The position numbers were made by a program, and so were the translations under genes. The notes beneath the pieces were generated by a model that was given only the letters and a program-made list of their open reading frames with translations, did no database searches and was not told the origin of the DNA. A stretch of DNA of 64,000 bases from Azolla caroliniana (Eukaryota > Plantae > Polypodiophyta), in NCBI GenBank assembly GCA_043228905.1, contig JBHGNT010000016.1:10664001-10728000 (forward strand), given 5' to 3'. Shown one piece after another: positions 38,092 through 51,535 of this stretch (position 1 is the stretch's first letter; each line of letters opens with the position of its first letter).

Positions 38092-38489
38092 CTCTCTACC
38101 ATATCTAACTTCCGACTCAGAACCGATTCCAGAAGATGAGGCTAGTGAGCTTGAACCGGTCCAGATAGAAGCTGAGGAGCTTGAGACTCTAGAAGAGAGT
38201 CCATAATCATTTCAGTTGAGCGGACCGAATGAGAAACTGGGTCAAAATGACTAGTCTGATGAGGAACCAACGAGTAGTGGAGACTCTGCCGTGTCTCCCC
38301 ACCGAAGGAACCAAGGAGATGATTCACGCACTAAGAGATGGGGAAGAAGAAATTTCCAGAATAAGAAACTGGCAATGTTGAGTCGGATCGGAGTGAATTC
38401 GATTCCGGAAAGGATGAAGGCGGATCTTTAGGAATGAAGTCCAAACTGGCCAAGAAGGGCCCCAAACCCTGTTACGCCGGTACAGGTAC

Positions 38490-39930
38490 AATGAGTACAT
38501 GGCGCATCAGTATGCGTACATGACCAAAGTGGTGGAAGTGTGTGAGCCGGAGAGCTACGCAGAAGCGGCAAAGGACGCAAATTGGCGTGCCATTATGGGA
38601 GTAGAAATGCAGGCACTCGATGCCAACGACACATGGAACCTCGTTGACCCTCCCCGACACTGTAAACCGATCGGTTGCAAATGGGTGTACAAAGTAAAGT
38701 ACAATGCCGACGGTTCGGTTAACCGGTAAAAAACCCGGTTAGTGGCGAAGGGATACGCATAGACCCACAATATCGATTACGATGAGACCTTCGCTCTGGT
38801 AGTGAAGATGACGACAATTTGTGTGGTACTGGCGGGTGTTGCGGCAAGGGTGTGGCATCTTCATCAGATGGACGTGAAGAATGCATTTCTTCAAGGTGAC
38901 CTTGAAGAAAAGGTCTATATGATCCAACCTCCCGGTTTTCATTCGGAAATGAACAAGTCGGCGGTGTGCCGGCCTAAGAAGTCGCTTTACGGACTGAAAC
39001 AAGCCCCTCGACCTTTTAATGCAAAGATCACACACCGGTTGCATTAAATGGGGTTTGTGACCTCTAAGTCCGAGTCTTCATTACTCATCACGAACGGTCC
39101 GGATGGTCCGGTTTGCATTCTACTTTATGTAGATGATTTAGTCATCACCGGACCCGAACTCGTTGAAATTGGCCGAGTGAAGTCCCAACTGTCGGACACA
39201 TTTGAAATGAAGGACCTGGGGGACCTTCATTATTTCCTTGGGATTGAGGTAATCTGAACCCTCGACGGAATATTGCTCACACAACGACACTATGTGTTGA
39301 ATATGCTGTACAAGTTTGGCATGACGGAATGCCGACCGATCTCTACACCCTTGGATCGGAACCAGAAGCTACGTCCCAAGTGCAGACCGACCTGCGATGA
39401 GAAACGGTTCTGACAAATAGTCGGAAGCCTGATATACTTGACAATCTCTTGACCCAAAATCAGTTACCCGGTTAGAGTGATCAGCTAGTTCATGCAAAAG
39501 CCGATCGTTGAGCACCTTCAGTGCGCACACCAGATACTCGGGTATGTTCGTGGCACGAAGGACCGGGGACTTTTATACCGGTATGGTATAACGGAAGAGT
39601 TAATCGTATACACAGATGCCGACTGGGCTGGTGATTCATCGGATCGCCGATCCACCTCTGGGTACATGTTTTCCCTTGATAGCGCAGTCGTTGCGTGGAG
39701 CAGCAAAAAGCAGTCAACAGTGACTCTGTCGAGCACTGAGGTTGAATACCAGGGAGCTACCAATGCCACCTGTGAAGCCATATGGCTTCGGTGACTATTG
39801 CGAGATCTTCTTATTGAGGTGTCGACCCGTTGCCAACATCTTCACCAAACCGCTCGGATCGGACAAGTTGTAGCACTTCACCGAAATACTTGGTGTTCAG
39901 CATCTCGATGTGCCATACTTGAGGCGGAGA
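38490..39930 (+). pseudogene. Copia-B RT and RNase H remnant
   Basis: CKWVYKVK, HQMDVKNAFLQG, LLYVDDL, DADWAG...RRSTSG. Confidence 0.9.
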
Positions 39931-40733
39931 ACAAGCAAAGGCAAAGAAACTGGTGCCATAACGGGCAAAGGCAAAGGAACTGTTGACGGCACCGGACCAG
40001 GAACCGGAAGGTAAGAACCAACAAATGGGGAGGCAAGAGGAAAAAGAAAGACGAGTTGACAAAGAAAGTCAGCACATCCGAACAAGTCAGAACGAGCGGC
40101 AATGACGACAGAGTAAAGAAGGACAGAGCCGACCGGAAGGAGATGGCCAAGACCCGGACATGATCTGATGGGGTGAAGGGCCTGAAATCGGAAGACGAGT
40201 TGGAGAACACTGACTCGGACAAGAGCGGGAATGAATCGGGGACAACCAATTCGGTTCAACAGCTGGATTCGGAGGAGCTGGATCAACTAAAGACCAAGCA
40301 GACACGGACACAACAGATGTCGACACCAACATGAAGGAACCGACGAGTCGACAAGTGCTGGAGCAAGGGAGCTGAAATGGGCCGGTTGAGCAGACAAGCC
40401 GACCAAGGAGGTCGAGGTGTGTAGAACCAGAAGGGTCGCGGCAAACAGGACCAGACCGGACGAGGAGCACGAGGAAGGCGGAGCGACGCCAAAAGGAGCT
40501 GGGTAGAAGAATCGACTGCCACAGACACTAACACCATGATCCAATCTCAAGTTGAGCTTGAGGGGGTATCCGGATACAACCGGCCGGATCGGGGAGCCGG
40601 ATCGGAGAGCTGGATTCGAGCTGGAACCAGAAGCCTAGTAGTGTTGTTATGGACTTTGTATAAATAGTGTTGTTATAGCACATTGTATGTACAGAGTTTT
40701 CAAAGATATTTTTTTGAATTGAGTTTATGTTCT

Positions 40734-40773
<40 letters not shown>

Positions 40774-41279
40774 GCATATACGCTCTACGTATTAAGCTTC
40801 TCCATTAAACCTCTTATCCTTTGTTGCTATTCTGCTGAGCCGGTTTTGTCTAACGCTTCCGCACGTTTACTTTTACAATTTCGCTACGATTGTCCTAGTC
40901 AGAATTCGTAAACATTCCACTACGATTGTTGTAGCCGGAATTCCGTAGTTCGTGAGCTGTCAGCTACTTGAAGCCGAGTCTCGTACCTTTTTTCGGCATT
41001 CCTCTTTATAGTGTCCGTTGCTGCGAAGTTTCGCGCGTGTGTGTTATTTGGGTGGGACCATGGGGGTCTTGGACTAGGGAGTACGAAGGGATAGAGAAGA
41101 CCCGAGGTTTGCTTTACAATAATACTACTTCCCAACCCCTTCCCGAGCAAGCGCTCATTGCCCCTTTCGTGGGGCTAGTGGCTTTCGTTGATCACAACTC
41201 ATCGATTTTGTGGGATCACTGCACGAACCAAGTGATCAAATGGGTACAAGAGAAGATGAGCACACAAGGGGACAATAAC

Positions 41280-43318
41280 ACAAACACAAATGCCCGTATG
41301 TCTTTATGAGGAGGAGAGGTGCATGGGCACGCCGGAACGCTCCCTTGTCATAAGACGGACGAAAGTACAAGGAAGACACAAAACACACGCACAAATGCTC
41401 GTACTCCTTTCTGAGAAGGAAAGGTGCATGGGCAAGCTTGAACGCTCCCTCGTCACAAGACCACTGAATGTACAAGGAAGACATAAACACACGCACAAAT
41501 GCTTGTACTTCTTTATGAGGAGGAGAGGTGCATGGGCACGCCCGGAACACTCCCTTCTCACAAGATGACCGAACGTACAAGGAAGACACAAACACATGCA
41601 CAAAATGCTCGGTATGCGTTTATGAGGAGGAGCAGTGCATGGGCACACCTCAAACGCTCCCTCGTCATATGACGGCTGAACGCACAAGGAAGACACAAAC
41701 ACACGTACAAATGATCGTACGTTTGTATGAGGAGAGGTGCATGGGCACGCCCGAACGCTCCCTCTTCACAAGATGGCCGAACGTACAAGTAAGACACAAA
41801 CACACGCACAAAATGCTTATATGCCTTTATGAGTGACGGGAACTGCACGCTCCCTATACGCAACGCTCGACCACAATCAAGCTTAGAATCATACACAGAA
41901 AATGGGAAATAATGAACGACATGAAGAAGAGATGAGTATGCAAGATGTTTAAGTGGAAAACCCAAACTAAGGGAAAAACCACGGCAGCCCACAGGCTGCA
42001 AACTATCACTATGTTAGAATGTACAACAATGAATTCACGGAGGCAACGACCTCGTGCTCACGATCCTCGCCATAGGCGGCGGTTACAACAGAGGCAACGA
42101 CCTCTTTCTCTCTGTACACAGTTACACGCTCTCTCTCTCCTTGCACCAACAAGAATGACAACAACAACTATATCAAAAGGTTTGCCCTAAGTCATATTTA
42201 TACTAATATGACTTTTCGGCTATTTACTAATATAGCCACAATGGACTCTCAGAGACATATTTACGAATATGTCTCTTCATCCGGAGAGCACTCCTCACCG
42301 GGTCTTCACCATCCGGCTCTCCGTAGCCGGGCACTCCTCATCCGGTTCTCACCGGGTCTGCACCATCCGGCTCTCCGTAGCCGGGTACTCCTCATCCGGT
42401 TCTCACCGGGTCTGCACCATCCGGCTCTCCGTAGCCGGGCACTCCTCATCTGGTTCTCACCGGGTCTGCACCATCCGGCTCTCCGTAGCCGGGTACTCCT
42501 CATCCGGTTCTCACCGGGTCTGTACCATCCGGCTCTCCGTAGCCGGGTACGCCTCATCCGGTTTTGGCCTCGGCCGAGTTTGTTCATCGGCACTGTTCTT
42601 CTCCCTTCCCATCCGGAGGGACCTGTCTCCCAACAATGAGGAGGAGAGGTGCATGGGCATGCTCGAAACGCTCCCTCATCACAAGATGACCCAACGTACA
42701 AGGAAGACACAAACACACGCACAAATGCTCGTACGCATTTATGAGGAGGAGAGGTGCATGGGCACGCTTGAAATGCTCCGTCGTCACAAGATGGATGAAT
42801 GTACAAGGAAGACACAAACACACACACAAAATGTACAAGGAGAGGTGCATGGGCACACCCGAAACGCTCCCTCGTCACAAGACGACCGAATGTATAAGGA
42901 AGATACAAACACACGCACAAATGCTCGTACACCTTTATGAGGAGGAGAGGTGCATGGGCATGCCTGAAATGCTCCCTCGTCATAAGACGGCCAAACGTAC
43001 AAGGAAGACACAAACACATGCACAAATGCTCGTATGCCTTTATGAGGAGGAAAGGTGCATGGGCACATCCGAAACGCTCCCTCATCACAAGACAACTGAA
43101 TGTACAAGGAAGACACAAACACACGCACAAAATGCTTGTATGCTTTTATGAGGAGGATAGGTGCATGGGCACACCCGAAATGCTCCCTCGTCATAAGATG
43201 GTCGAATGTACAAGGAAGACACAAACACACGCACAAATGCTCGTACGCCTTTATGAGGAGGAGAGGTGCATGGGCACGCCTGAAACACTCGTCACAAGAC
43301 GGCCGAACGTACAAGGGG
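41280..43318. repeat. ~105-bp tandem satellite (interrupted by solo LTR)
   Basis: Unit tatgaggaggagaggtgcatgggcacgcc...gtacaaggaagacacaaacacacgcacaaatgctcgtacgcctt repeated about 12 times. Confidence 0.92.
41834..42635 (-). mobile_element. Solo LTR of Tork-like family
   Basis: TGACGGG...CCCAACA; TSD ATGAG at 41829-41833 and 42636-42640. Confidence 0.93.
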
Positions 43319-45911
43319 GGAGTATCGTATTTGTTTAGTTATCTTAATCGATTCTTTGGGTTGCGGCCTCTCGGTGTATTTGTGTGCAGCAAAGGAGTGA
43401 AAGACTCTAGATTCTGGCCCTCGGTGCTACAAGGCCTCTCGGGAGTATGACTGAGGAAGGAAGAAGCGGACCGCGTGGAGAAGTGGATCTGAGAGGTTAC
43501 CGGATGGGACGATCCGGTTTAGGAGAAGACCGGATTTGTGGAAGTGGCGTGCCAGAACTACGAGGTTCTAGTAGAGGACAAGTGTGTGGGAAAGGCCAAA
43601 GGGGCCGGACCCTCACAGCGGTATGAGACCCAGTTTGGGCCGAAGTAAAATGATGCCAGTAACCCTGACGCACCTGACAGAATGAAACGGGCTGGTTACC
43701 AGCTGAGCAGGGAGATAGAGAGCTCGACGGACCTGCGGAAGGTCCTCGAGGAGTGGATTCTTGACAACAAGGTGGAACTATCGTTGAGGGAGGTGCTCGG
43801 GATTGTCAAGAAGGAGTTTCACGATTCCATCGTGGACTTGGTGAAGTGCAAATGGCTCTCGATGGAGCCGAAACCGGAGAAGCCCGTGGAGGTGCGGTCG
43901 GCGCACCTAGAGGATATGGCCCAAGAGGACGAGTTTGTGGAGAGCCACTATTCGAAGTTGCACTGGGAAAGAGCTACTACGGAAACCCCGGTTCAGATCG
44001 GGGATGTCCAGGAGCCGGTGGTGGCATTGATAGACCATGGATCCGAAATCCACCCGATGTCCATGGACTTCTACAACAAGGGAAAGTGACCGATCAACAC
44101 CAATCACGGGTGGAAGATTCACGCGGCGACACCCGCTATGGAGGAACTGCACGGGGCATGCACGAATGTATGCATGAAGATCGGAGATGTTGAGATTGAC
44201 CATCACTGTTTCGTGCAGGAGACATCTTTGCACCTGGTGATACTCGGCGAACCATACATTACGACGGCCTGCATGGATACCAAGGTGCTGGATAACGGTT
44301 CGGCATACGTGCGTGTTAAGAGTCAAGTCAGACGAAACTCCGTCCAGTTTCTGACAGTGCAACCGAACCATGAGCGCAACCGTGAGACACTCGGCGGTGA
44401 CCCCGGGCGGATTTTTAGAAAGGGCTATCAAGGCATGGGACTGCGATAGTTTGGACACCCCGGAGGATCCCCACACATGTACCATAGGTAGGAAATTTTG
44501 GTTCACCGATAGCGGAGGTTGTATGATAACCGACATCAACGGTTGGGAAAGGAGGTAGGCAGAGGAGCGCCTCAGGGTGTACGGAGCCCTTGGCAGCGCC
44601 GTGAGGCGGTCTCTTTTGACGACACCCCAGGATAGATAGGAAAGGTGGTCGAAGAAGGCCTCAACGAAGACCGGGTGATTCCAGTTGGTTCCATGGAGAT
44701 GTATGAAGGCATTGCCGACTTCGGGATGAAGGCCGAGTCGGATCGGATGGCCTACGTAGACATGAGGTACCAGACTATGGACCGGAAGGTGAGGTTAGTT
44801 GCAGCTCCTTGGCTGGAGGGCAGCGAGGAACGGATGAAGGGGGTCGCGTCGGACCCAACTTTGCGAAATCCGGCCGGCATAGGGCACCAGTTCACCGAGA
44901 TAACGCTACTGGAGCTCAAGATCGGTGGGGGTGGCTTTCTACTATCGGAGGAGGAGGACCGGTTTCGGAGGATGCTCAGGAGGCACGGGAAGGCCTTCGC
45001 ATTCTACCCGAAGGAGATCGGGTGCGTGCACCCGATGGTCATGGAACCAATGGTTATCTTCACGGTACCACATGTGCCGTGGAACCTCAAGCCGATTCTG
45101 GTACCCAGAGCTCACATCCCAAAGTTGATGGAGCTGCTAAAGCAAAATGTAGATATGGGCATCCTCGAGCCATCGAGTGCCCCGTTTTCGAATTGGTGGT
45201 TTACCGTGTCGAAGAAGAATGGCACGCTGCCGTGAAGAAAACCGTCCCCAGGCGCAAACCGTGTATAATGTGTGTGAACCGGCCCTTACACGTGGGCACG
45301 TCCCTTGTCGTATAGTAGATAGGTAGGCACAAAAGGTTAAATCCTAGGTAGCAATATTCTGTAAGGGAAATCGAGGAGTATCTCTGTCCGAAATGACAGA
45401 GAATTAATGTGATGTAAATGGGCAAGGCGGCCTCCCCCCTTGAGCTATAAAAGAGAGGGAGACGGGGAGAGAAAGATATCGCGCGCTAGAGGGGACGAAG
45501 TGCTGTCGGACTGGGACCGAGCTCTTCTCCTCTCTATAGCTTTCTTTGCGTAGGTCCTCGAGAGACTGATTCTGCTCCGTGGAACGCCCGTGTGCTTCTG
45601 GTAGAATCTCCATCTTGCTCTCCTGTGTGCGTGGGTGATCAGGCGCTGGCATCCGTCTCGCCGACCTGGTCGGCTGTATCAGTTCGAGTCATCTGCATAC
45701 ATATATTTATATACGCGTTCTTATACTCTATCTCCTGCCCAACTCGTGTCTCTTGTGTTGATTGGGCTGCGTTCCCACGCGCTTCTTTGTCTATCCGTGT
45801 GTGAGTGTGTGTCTCTCTCTCTCCCCTTTCGCTTCCTCAACTATTCCTCGGTCCAAGGCCCCAGTGGTCCCGCCTCGTTCTCCACGCACGCGCGTAGCAA
45901 CGTGACATATT

Positions 45912-45929
45912 TGGTGAACCCGACGTGAA
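45912..45929 (+). promoter_or_regulatory. PBS complementary to the 3' end of plant tRNA-Trp (also at 17846 and 60340)
   Basis: TGGTGAACCCGACGTGAA is the reverse complement of ...TTCACGTCGGGTTCACCA (tRNA-Trp 3' end, from memory). Confidence 0.85.
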
Positions 45930-45951
45930 ACGGGCAGCAGAGGAGTAGAAG

Positions 45952-48078
45952 ATGAGGGGGTCGGACCTCGTAGAAGCCATGGCTTCGGCTGTGGACCGTA
46001 TAGTGAGTGCTTGCGAAGGCACCGGCGCCCTTGATAGGGCTATCGAGGTGGTTGTCGGTACGATCGGCCGGTTTAGTGGGAAGGATGCCACGAGCTACTT
46101 GGCGTCCTACCGGGCTGAGATGGTAATGAGGGACATTCCGGAATAGAGGCGTCTAGCCGGATTCCCTCGAGTGGCGATGCCGGGTATCCATACGGAGGTG
46201 CTCAAGGTATGGGCCGAGAGCCGGACCTGGGAGGAGTTCGAAGGTCGGCTCCTCGAAAGATACGGGCTTGAAGATGCGCTTCGACTTTTGAAACGGGACT
46301 TCATGGAGTGGGTGGAGACCCCCGACAAAGGAAGGAACGCGTCAGTGCTCCTTCGGGAGTTTGAAGAACGCTTCGCGCGCCTCTCGGTGCTTGACCGAAC
46401 CGTTCTGGACACAAGCCGTGTCCTATTGTTTGTTAAGTCGGTTGATGAACGGGATCAGGAGCAGGTAGGCCTCCTATTGGAGACTGATGACGGGCTGATG
46501 GCCGACTGGGCCGTAGTGAAAAGGGTTTGTGGCCGTTTCGACAAACGGCGGGAATGGGCTGACAAAGGATCGAAAGGGGCGGGCTTTGTTGCAGCAAAGA
46601 AGCCCGAGCCAACACCACCAACGTGAAGGGGAGAGACCGGAGATTGGCTCGAGACCGGGCCGGCTTCAACCGGCATGGTCAATGGCTCGTCCGGGGGAGC
46701 AGCTTTGGAGGAGCTGACGTGGATGGTAAAGGATCTCCAGATCGCCCAGGCACGGAGGGATGGTGGCGAACAGGCCCGTGACCGGTGACCTCTGGCTGAA
46801 AACAGGTGCATGTGGTGTGACGTGGTTGGGCACATTCGGAAGGACTGCGGGGACTTCGCCGATGCGATGAGAAGCAACGTGGTGTACCTGTGGAACGGTC
46901 GGGTCCACGCCAGTGAGACCCGAAGGGCCCTGAACCTGAACGTCGGGCGAGGGGGCATGAAAAGGCTGATGGAGGAGGCGGCGACTCGTCACGCGGAGAC
47001 CGTCCACTACTCGGCGTCAGCTGGTATTCGGGTCGGAGGTGGCGAGGCCCCGAAGACGAACAAAGCCGGGTTCTGGCTGACGATGATGGAAGGCCTTGAT
47101 GGCGCGCGGCTGAGAAAAGAAGAGGTGGACCGCGCGGAAAAACGGGTCTGGGAGGTAACCGGGTGGAGTGACCCGGTGGAAGAAAAGACGGGCTTCGTCG
47201 AAGCCGCTTGTCAAAACTACGAGGCTCTGGTGGAGGACAAGCGAGTAGGGAAGACCGGAGGGGCCGGGCCCTCGCAACCATATGAAACTCGATTCGGGCA
47301 AAGGCGGAATGAGGCCGGTGTAATCGACGTCCAAGATAATCCCAAGAAGGGCGGGTACCAGTTGGGCACAGAAATCGAAAGATCCACGGACCTGCGAAAG
47401 GTCCTGGAAGAATGAATCCTTGACAACAAGGTGGAATTGTCGCTGAGGGAAGTGCTTGGGATCGCCAAGAAGGAGTTCCACGACTCCATCGTAGACTTGG
47501 TGAAGAGGAAGAGGTTGTCGACGGAGACAGAACCGGAGAAGCCGGTGGAGGTGCGGACGACGCACATAGAGGACATGGCGCTGGAAGACGAGTTGGCGGA
47601 GAGCCACTATTCGAGGCCGCACTGGGCCAGAGCGACTACGGAGACCCCCGTGAAGATCGGAGATGTTCATGAACCAGTGGTGGCGTTGGTGGACCACGGT
47701 TCAGAAATCAATTTGATGTCCATGGACTTCTATAAGAAGGGAAAATGGCCGATCAACACCAAGCACGGGTGGAAAATACGGGCAGGGACGCGTGCCACCG
47801 AAGAACTGCATGGAGCCTGCCCGAATGTACGAGTAAAGATCGGCGATGTCGAGATTGACCAACACTGCTTCGTACAGGAGACGTCCTCACATCCGGTTAT
47901 ACTAGGAGAACCGTACATCACGGCAGCACGGATGGAGACCAAGGTGCTGGACAACGGCTCGGCCTATGCAAGGGTCAAGAGCCAGGATGGGCATCACTCG
48001 GTCCAGTTCCTGACGGTGAGACTGAATCATGAGTGGAACCGCGAGACCCTCGGGGGCGAAAGTCGAGAGGATTTTTAG
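45952..48078 (+). pseudogene. Gag-protease ORF (internal stops)
   Basis: CMWCDVVGHIRKDC knuckle; ALVDHGSEINLM protease; ends EDF* at 48078. Confidence 0.85.
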
Positions 48079-51000
48079 AGAGGACTATCAAGGCGTGGGG
48101 CCGCGATAGCCCGGACACTCCGGGAAACCCCCACCAGTGTATGATAGTGGAAAAGACCTGTACTATAAGTAGGAAATTTTGGTTCTCCGACAATGGAGGG
48201 TGTACGATAGTTGACGTTGTTGGGCGGAAGAAAAAAAAAGCGGAGGAGCGACTTCGGGCATGTGGCGTCCTCGGCCTTGGAGAGGAAATCAACGGAGCCG
48301 TGGAGACGGTCTCTCTCGACGATACCTTGGGGGAGCTGCGAGAGGTAGTCGGACGGTATGTTCGGAAAGGATGTACGAAGTCATCGTGGACTTTAGTAGA
48401 GGGCTCGAGTTGGATCGGATAGCGCGGGTGGACACCAGGTACAAGACTGTGGACCGGAAGGTGAGGCCAGTCGCGGCTCCCTTGCCGGAGGGCAGCGAGT
48501 TGCGAATAAAGGGGGGTGCGTCGGACCCGAGTTTACGAAATCCGGCCCGCATAGGACACACGTTCACCGATATAACGCTACGCGAGCTCAAAATCGGTGG
48601 GGGCGGCTTCCTACTGCTGGTGGAAGAGGACCGTTTTCGGGGAATGCTCGGAAGGCACAGGAAGGCTTTCGCATTCTCACCGGAGGAGATCAGGTGCATA
48701 GAACCGACAGTCGTGGAACCGATGGTGATATTCACGGTACCGCATGTGCCGTGGAGTCTCAAACCGATTCCAGTACCTAGAGCTCACATCCCGAAGCTGA
48801 TGGAGTTGTTGAAGCAGAAGGTCGAGATGGGAATCCTCGAACCGTCGAGTGCCCCATACTCGAATCGGTGGTTTACCGTGCCGAAGAAGGACGGCACGCT
48901 GCGCTTTATTCAAGACCTGCAGCCGGTCAACAAGGTGACCATTCGAAACGCAGGAATCAGACCGACAATAGAAGAGTTCGCGGAGGCCTTCGCCGGAAGG
49001 TCGATTTACTCGGTCGGTGATCTCTACTCAGGGTACGATCAGTTCCAGCTTGCCGTAGAGAGCAGAGACATCACGACAATGCGAACTCCTCTCGGCCTAG
49101 TACGGATGTGTACCCTGCCGCAAGGAGGGACGAACTCGGTGGCTCACATGGTGAACGCAATGAACAAGGTGCTGAGGGATTGTATCCCGGACATCACCAT
49201 GCCGTTTTTGGATGACGTCCCGATCAAAGGATGCCCGGTGGAGGAAAGGGACGAGACGATTGGACCGGACGGATGCCGGAAATTCGTGGCGACACACATC
49301 GATGATTGCGAGAAGGTGCTGCAGAGGTTGGAGGGCGCGAGGCTCACCTTCTCCAGGGGAAAGTCGGCCTTCGGGCAATCAGAGATCATGGTCGTCGGAC
49401 ACCTATGCGGGCCGTACGGCCGAAAACCATCTCCGGCCAAGGTAGAAGCCATCTCCGCGATGAAGGACGACTGTAGCTCGGTCACGGAGGTTCGGAGGTT
49501 CTTGGGAGCGTGCGCGTTCTACCACATATGGATCCCGCATTACGCTCACGTCGCGGAGCCGTTATACGGGTTGCTGAAAAAGGGGCGAAAATTCGAGTGG
49601 AGAGATGAGCATACAGAGTCTGTCCGGAAGATGAAGGGAGCACTTGCCGCGGCTCCGGCGCTCCGAAAGGCTGTCTACGGACAGAGCACTCCAATTTACG
49701 TAACGGTGGACACGAGTCCGACCGGGATCGGATGGGTCGTCAACCAAGAGGGCGAGGACGGCACGCGTTTCCCGATCCGGTTCGACGCGAAGGTCCTCAA
49801 CGAGCGACAGCGAGGATACGCCCAGGTTAAACGCGAGCTCCGGGGTATCGTTTCGGCGGTAAAGGCCGATAAAGACTACCTGATCGGGGCAGAGGTAATT
49901 ATCGAGACGGACTGCCTGCCAATTCATGGCATGGTTTCCGGATGCGTGACGCCAGACCTGGCAATGCTCAGGTGGATAGCGTACATCAAGTCCCTGAATC
50001 CGGAAATATGACACATCTCCGGGAAAGACAACGCCATGGCCGACATGCTTTCAAGGTCGAGGTTCGAAAACGACGGCGGCATGCTTTCTGAGGACGAGGA
50101 AGTCGACGTGGACTTCTTCGAGGCGGCTTACGTGACAACCAACGGGGAATGCTCTCCAACGCTTAACGACTTCGACGAGAGCAAGTACGACGGGGAGTGG
50201 CTGCAGATCGGCGGGTTCCTGAAAACAATGACACCGGATGCGGCATGGACAACGAACGAGGCCAACCGGATTCGGAAGAAAGCCTACCGATTCTTTCTCC
50301 GGGACGGATACATCTGGAAGCACCCGAAGAAGAGGAACGGCATCCCACTCCGAGTGGTGGCGAAGAAGGAGGAACAGGAGGATTTGCTGGCAGTGTACCA
50401 CGATAGCCCGTGGGCTGGACACCGTGGAACGTGGGCCACGTTCGAAAAGCTAAAGGGGAAGTATTGGTGGCCGGGACTATACCGGGATGTGCATCGGTTC
50501 GTGACAACTTGTGAATGCTGTCAGGTGCACTCCATGATCCGACATCGGGACGAGCTTCACCCGACCTACCCTCCAACCATCCACTTCAAGTGGATGGTGG
50601 ATTTGGTGACGATGCCAATGGGGGTAGGACAGATGCGGTATCTGGTGCTAGCTCGGGAAGATCTAACGAACCAGGTTGAAGGCTGAGCTCTGCAGAACAA
50701 GACGATGGCAGTCGTGTGCCGGTTTTTGATTGAGGACGTAGTATGCCGATACGGGTGCATAGGGAAGATCATGGCTGACCGTGGTGAGTTGGATGCAGAA
50801 GAGGCCGAAGAGCTGTTCGAACGGCTAGGAGTCAAACTTTCGCTCACCACAGCGTACAATCCGGAGGCGAACGGGAAGGTGGAGCGCGGACACGGGCCAA
50901 TTGTCAAAGCGCTAGTACGGGCGTGCGGAGGCCGAGACGGGGACTGGCCACGGCTGCTACCTTATGCCTTGTGGGCGGACCGGACTACGCACAGTTCGGT

Positions 51001-51535
51001 AATTGGGTTCATGCCGGCCGAGCTGATGTTCGGACAGAAGCCGATCATGCCAACAGAACGAACGATCTCCTCGTGGGCCACGGTGGACTAGAGGGATGAG
51101 ATGAGCCGAGAGGAACTGCTGGCGGCACGGATTCGACTGCTTGAGCGGAGGCCAGAGGACGTAGAACGGGCCGTGGAGAAACTTCAAGTAGCGAGGATAA
51201 GGAACAAAGCCCGGTTCGACCGAACACACTGGCTCCGGCCAAGGAAGATCGAGGAAGGCGACTGGGTGCTAGTCTACGACAGCAGCCTCGACAATCAGCA
51301 CAAGGCCACGCGGAAGTTTGCGAGGAGGTGGTTCGGGCCTTACGTACTAACAGGCGCCAACGGCAATGGGACGTACCATCTCGCGGAGCTCGACGGTACG
51401 AGAATGGCGATACCGGTAGCGGGGAAGAGGATCAAAGCGTTCAAGAAACGGCACGATGGGGAGCCGGAGCTAGGTGGCATGGACAACGACGACGAGCAGC
51501 CCGAGGTGGAGGATGAACCGGTAAACGAGGAATAA
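48069..51535 (+). pseudogene. Pol (RT-RNase H-integrase) entered in the -1 frame; disrupted
   Basis: RFIQDLQPVN, LPQGGTNS, FLDDVPI, TVDTSPTGIG, H...GH...C..C, YNPEANGKVERGH, RRWFGPY. Confidence 0.88.

Larger units (their letters stand above)
14881..40877 (+). mobile_element. Copia-B: decayed Ty1/Copia, host of most nested insertions
   Basis: 5' LTR 14881-15301, PBS TGGTATCAGAG 15302; gag from 15398; PR/INT 17945-18217 and 35734-38100; RT/RH 38500-39920; PPT cttgaggggg ~40557-40566; 3' LTR remnant 40566-40877; flanks attct / atttc (imperfect TSD). Confidence 0.8.

Noticed and set aside
41236-43450. Repetitive ORFs (YEEERCMGTPE...) as a protein gene
   Set aside because: By-product of the 105-bp (3n) satellite; open in several frames and on both strands.
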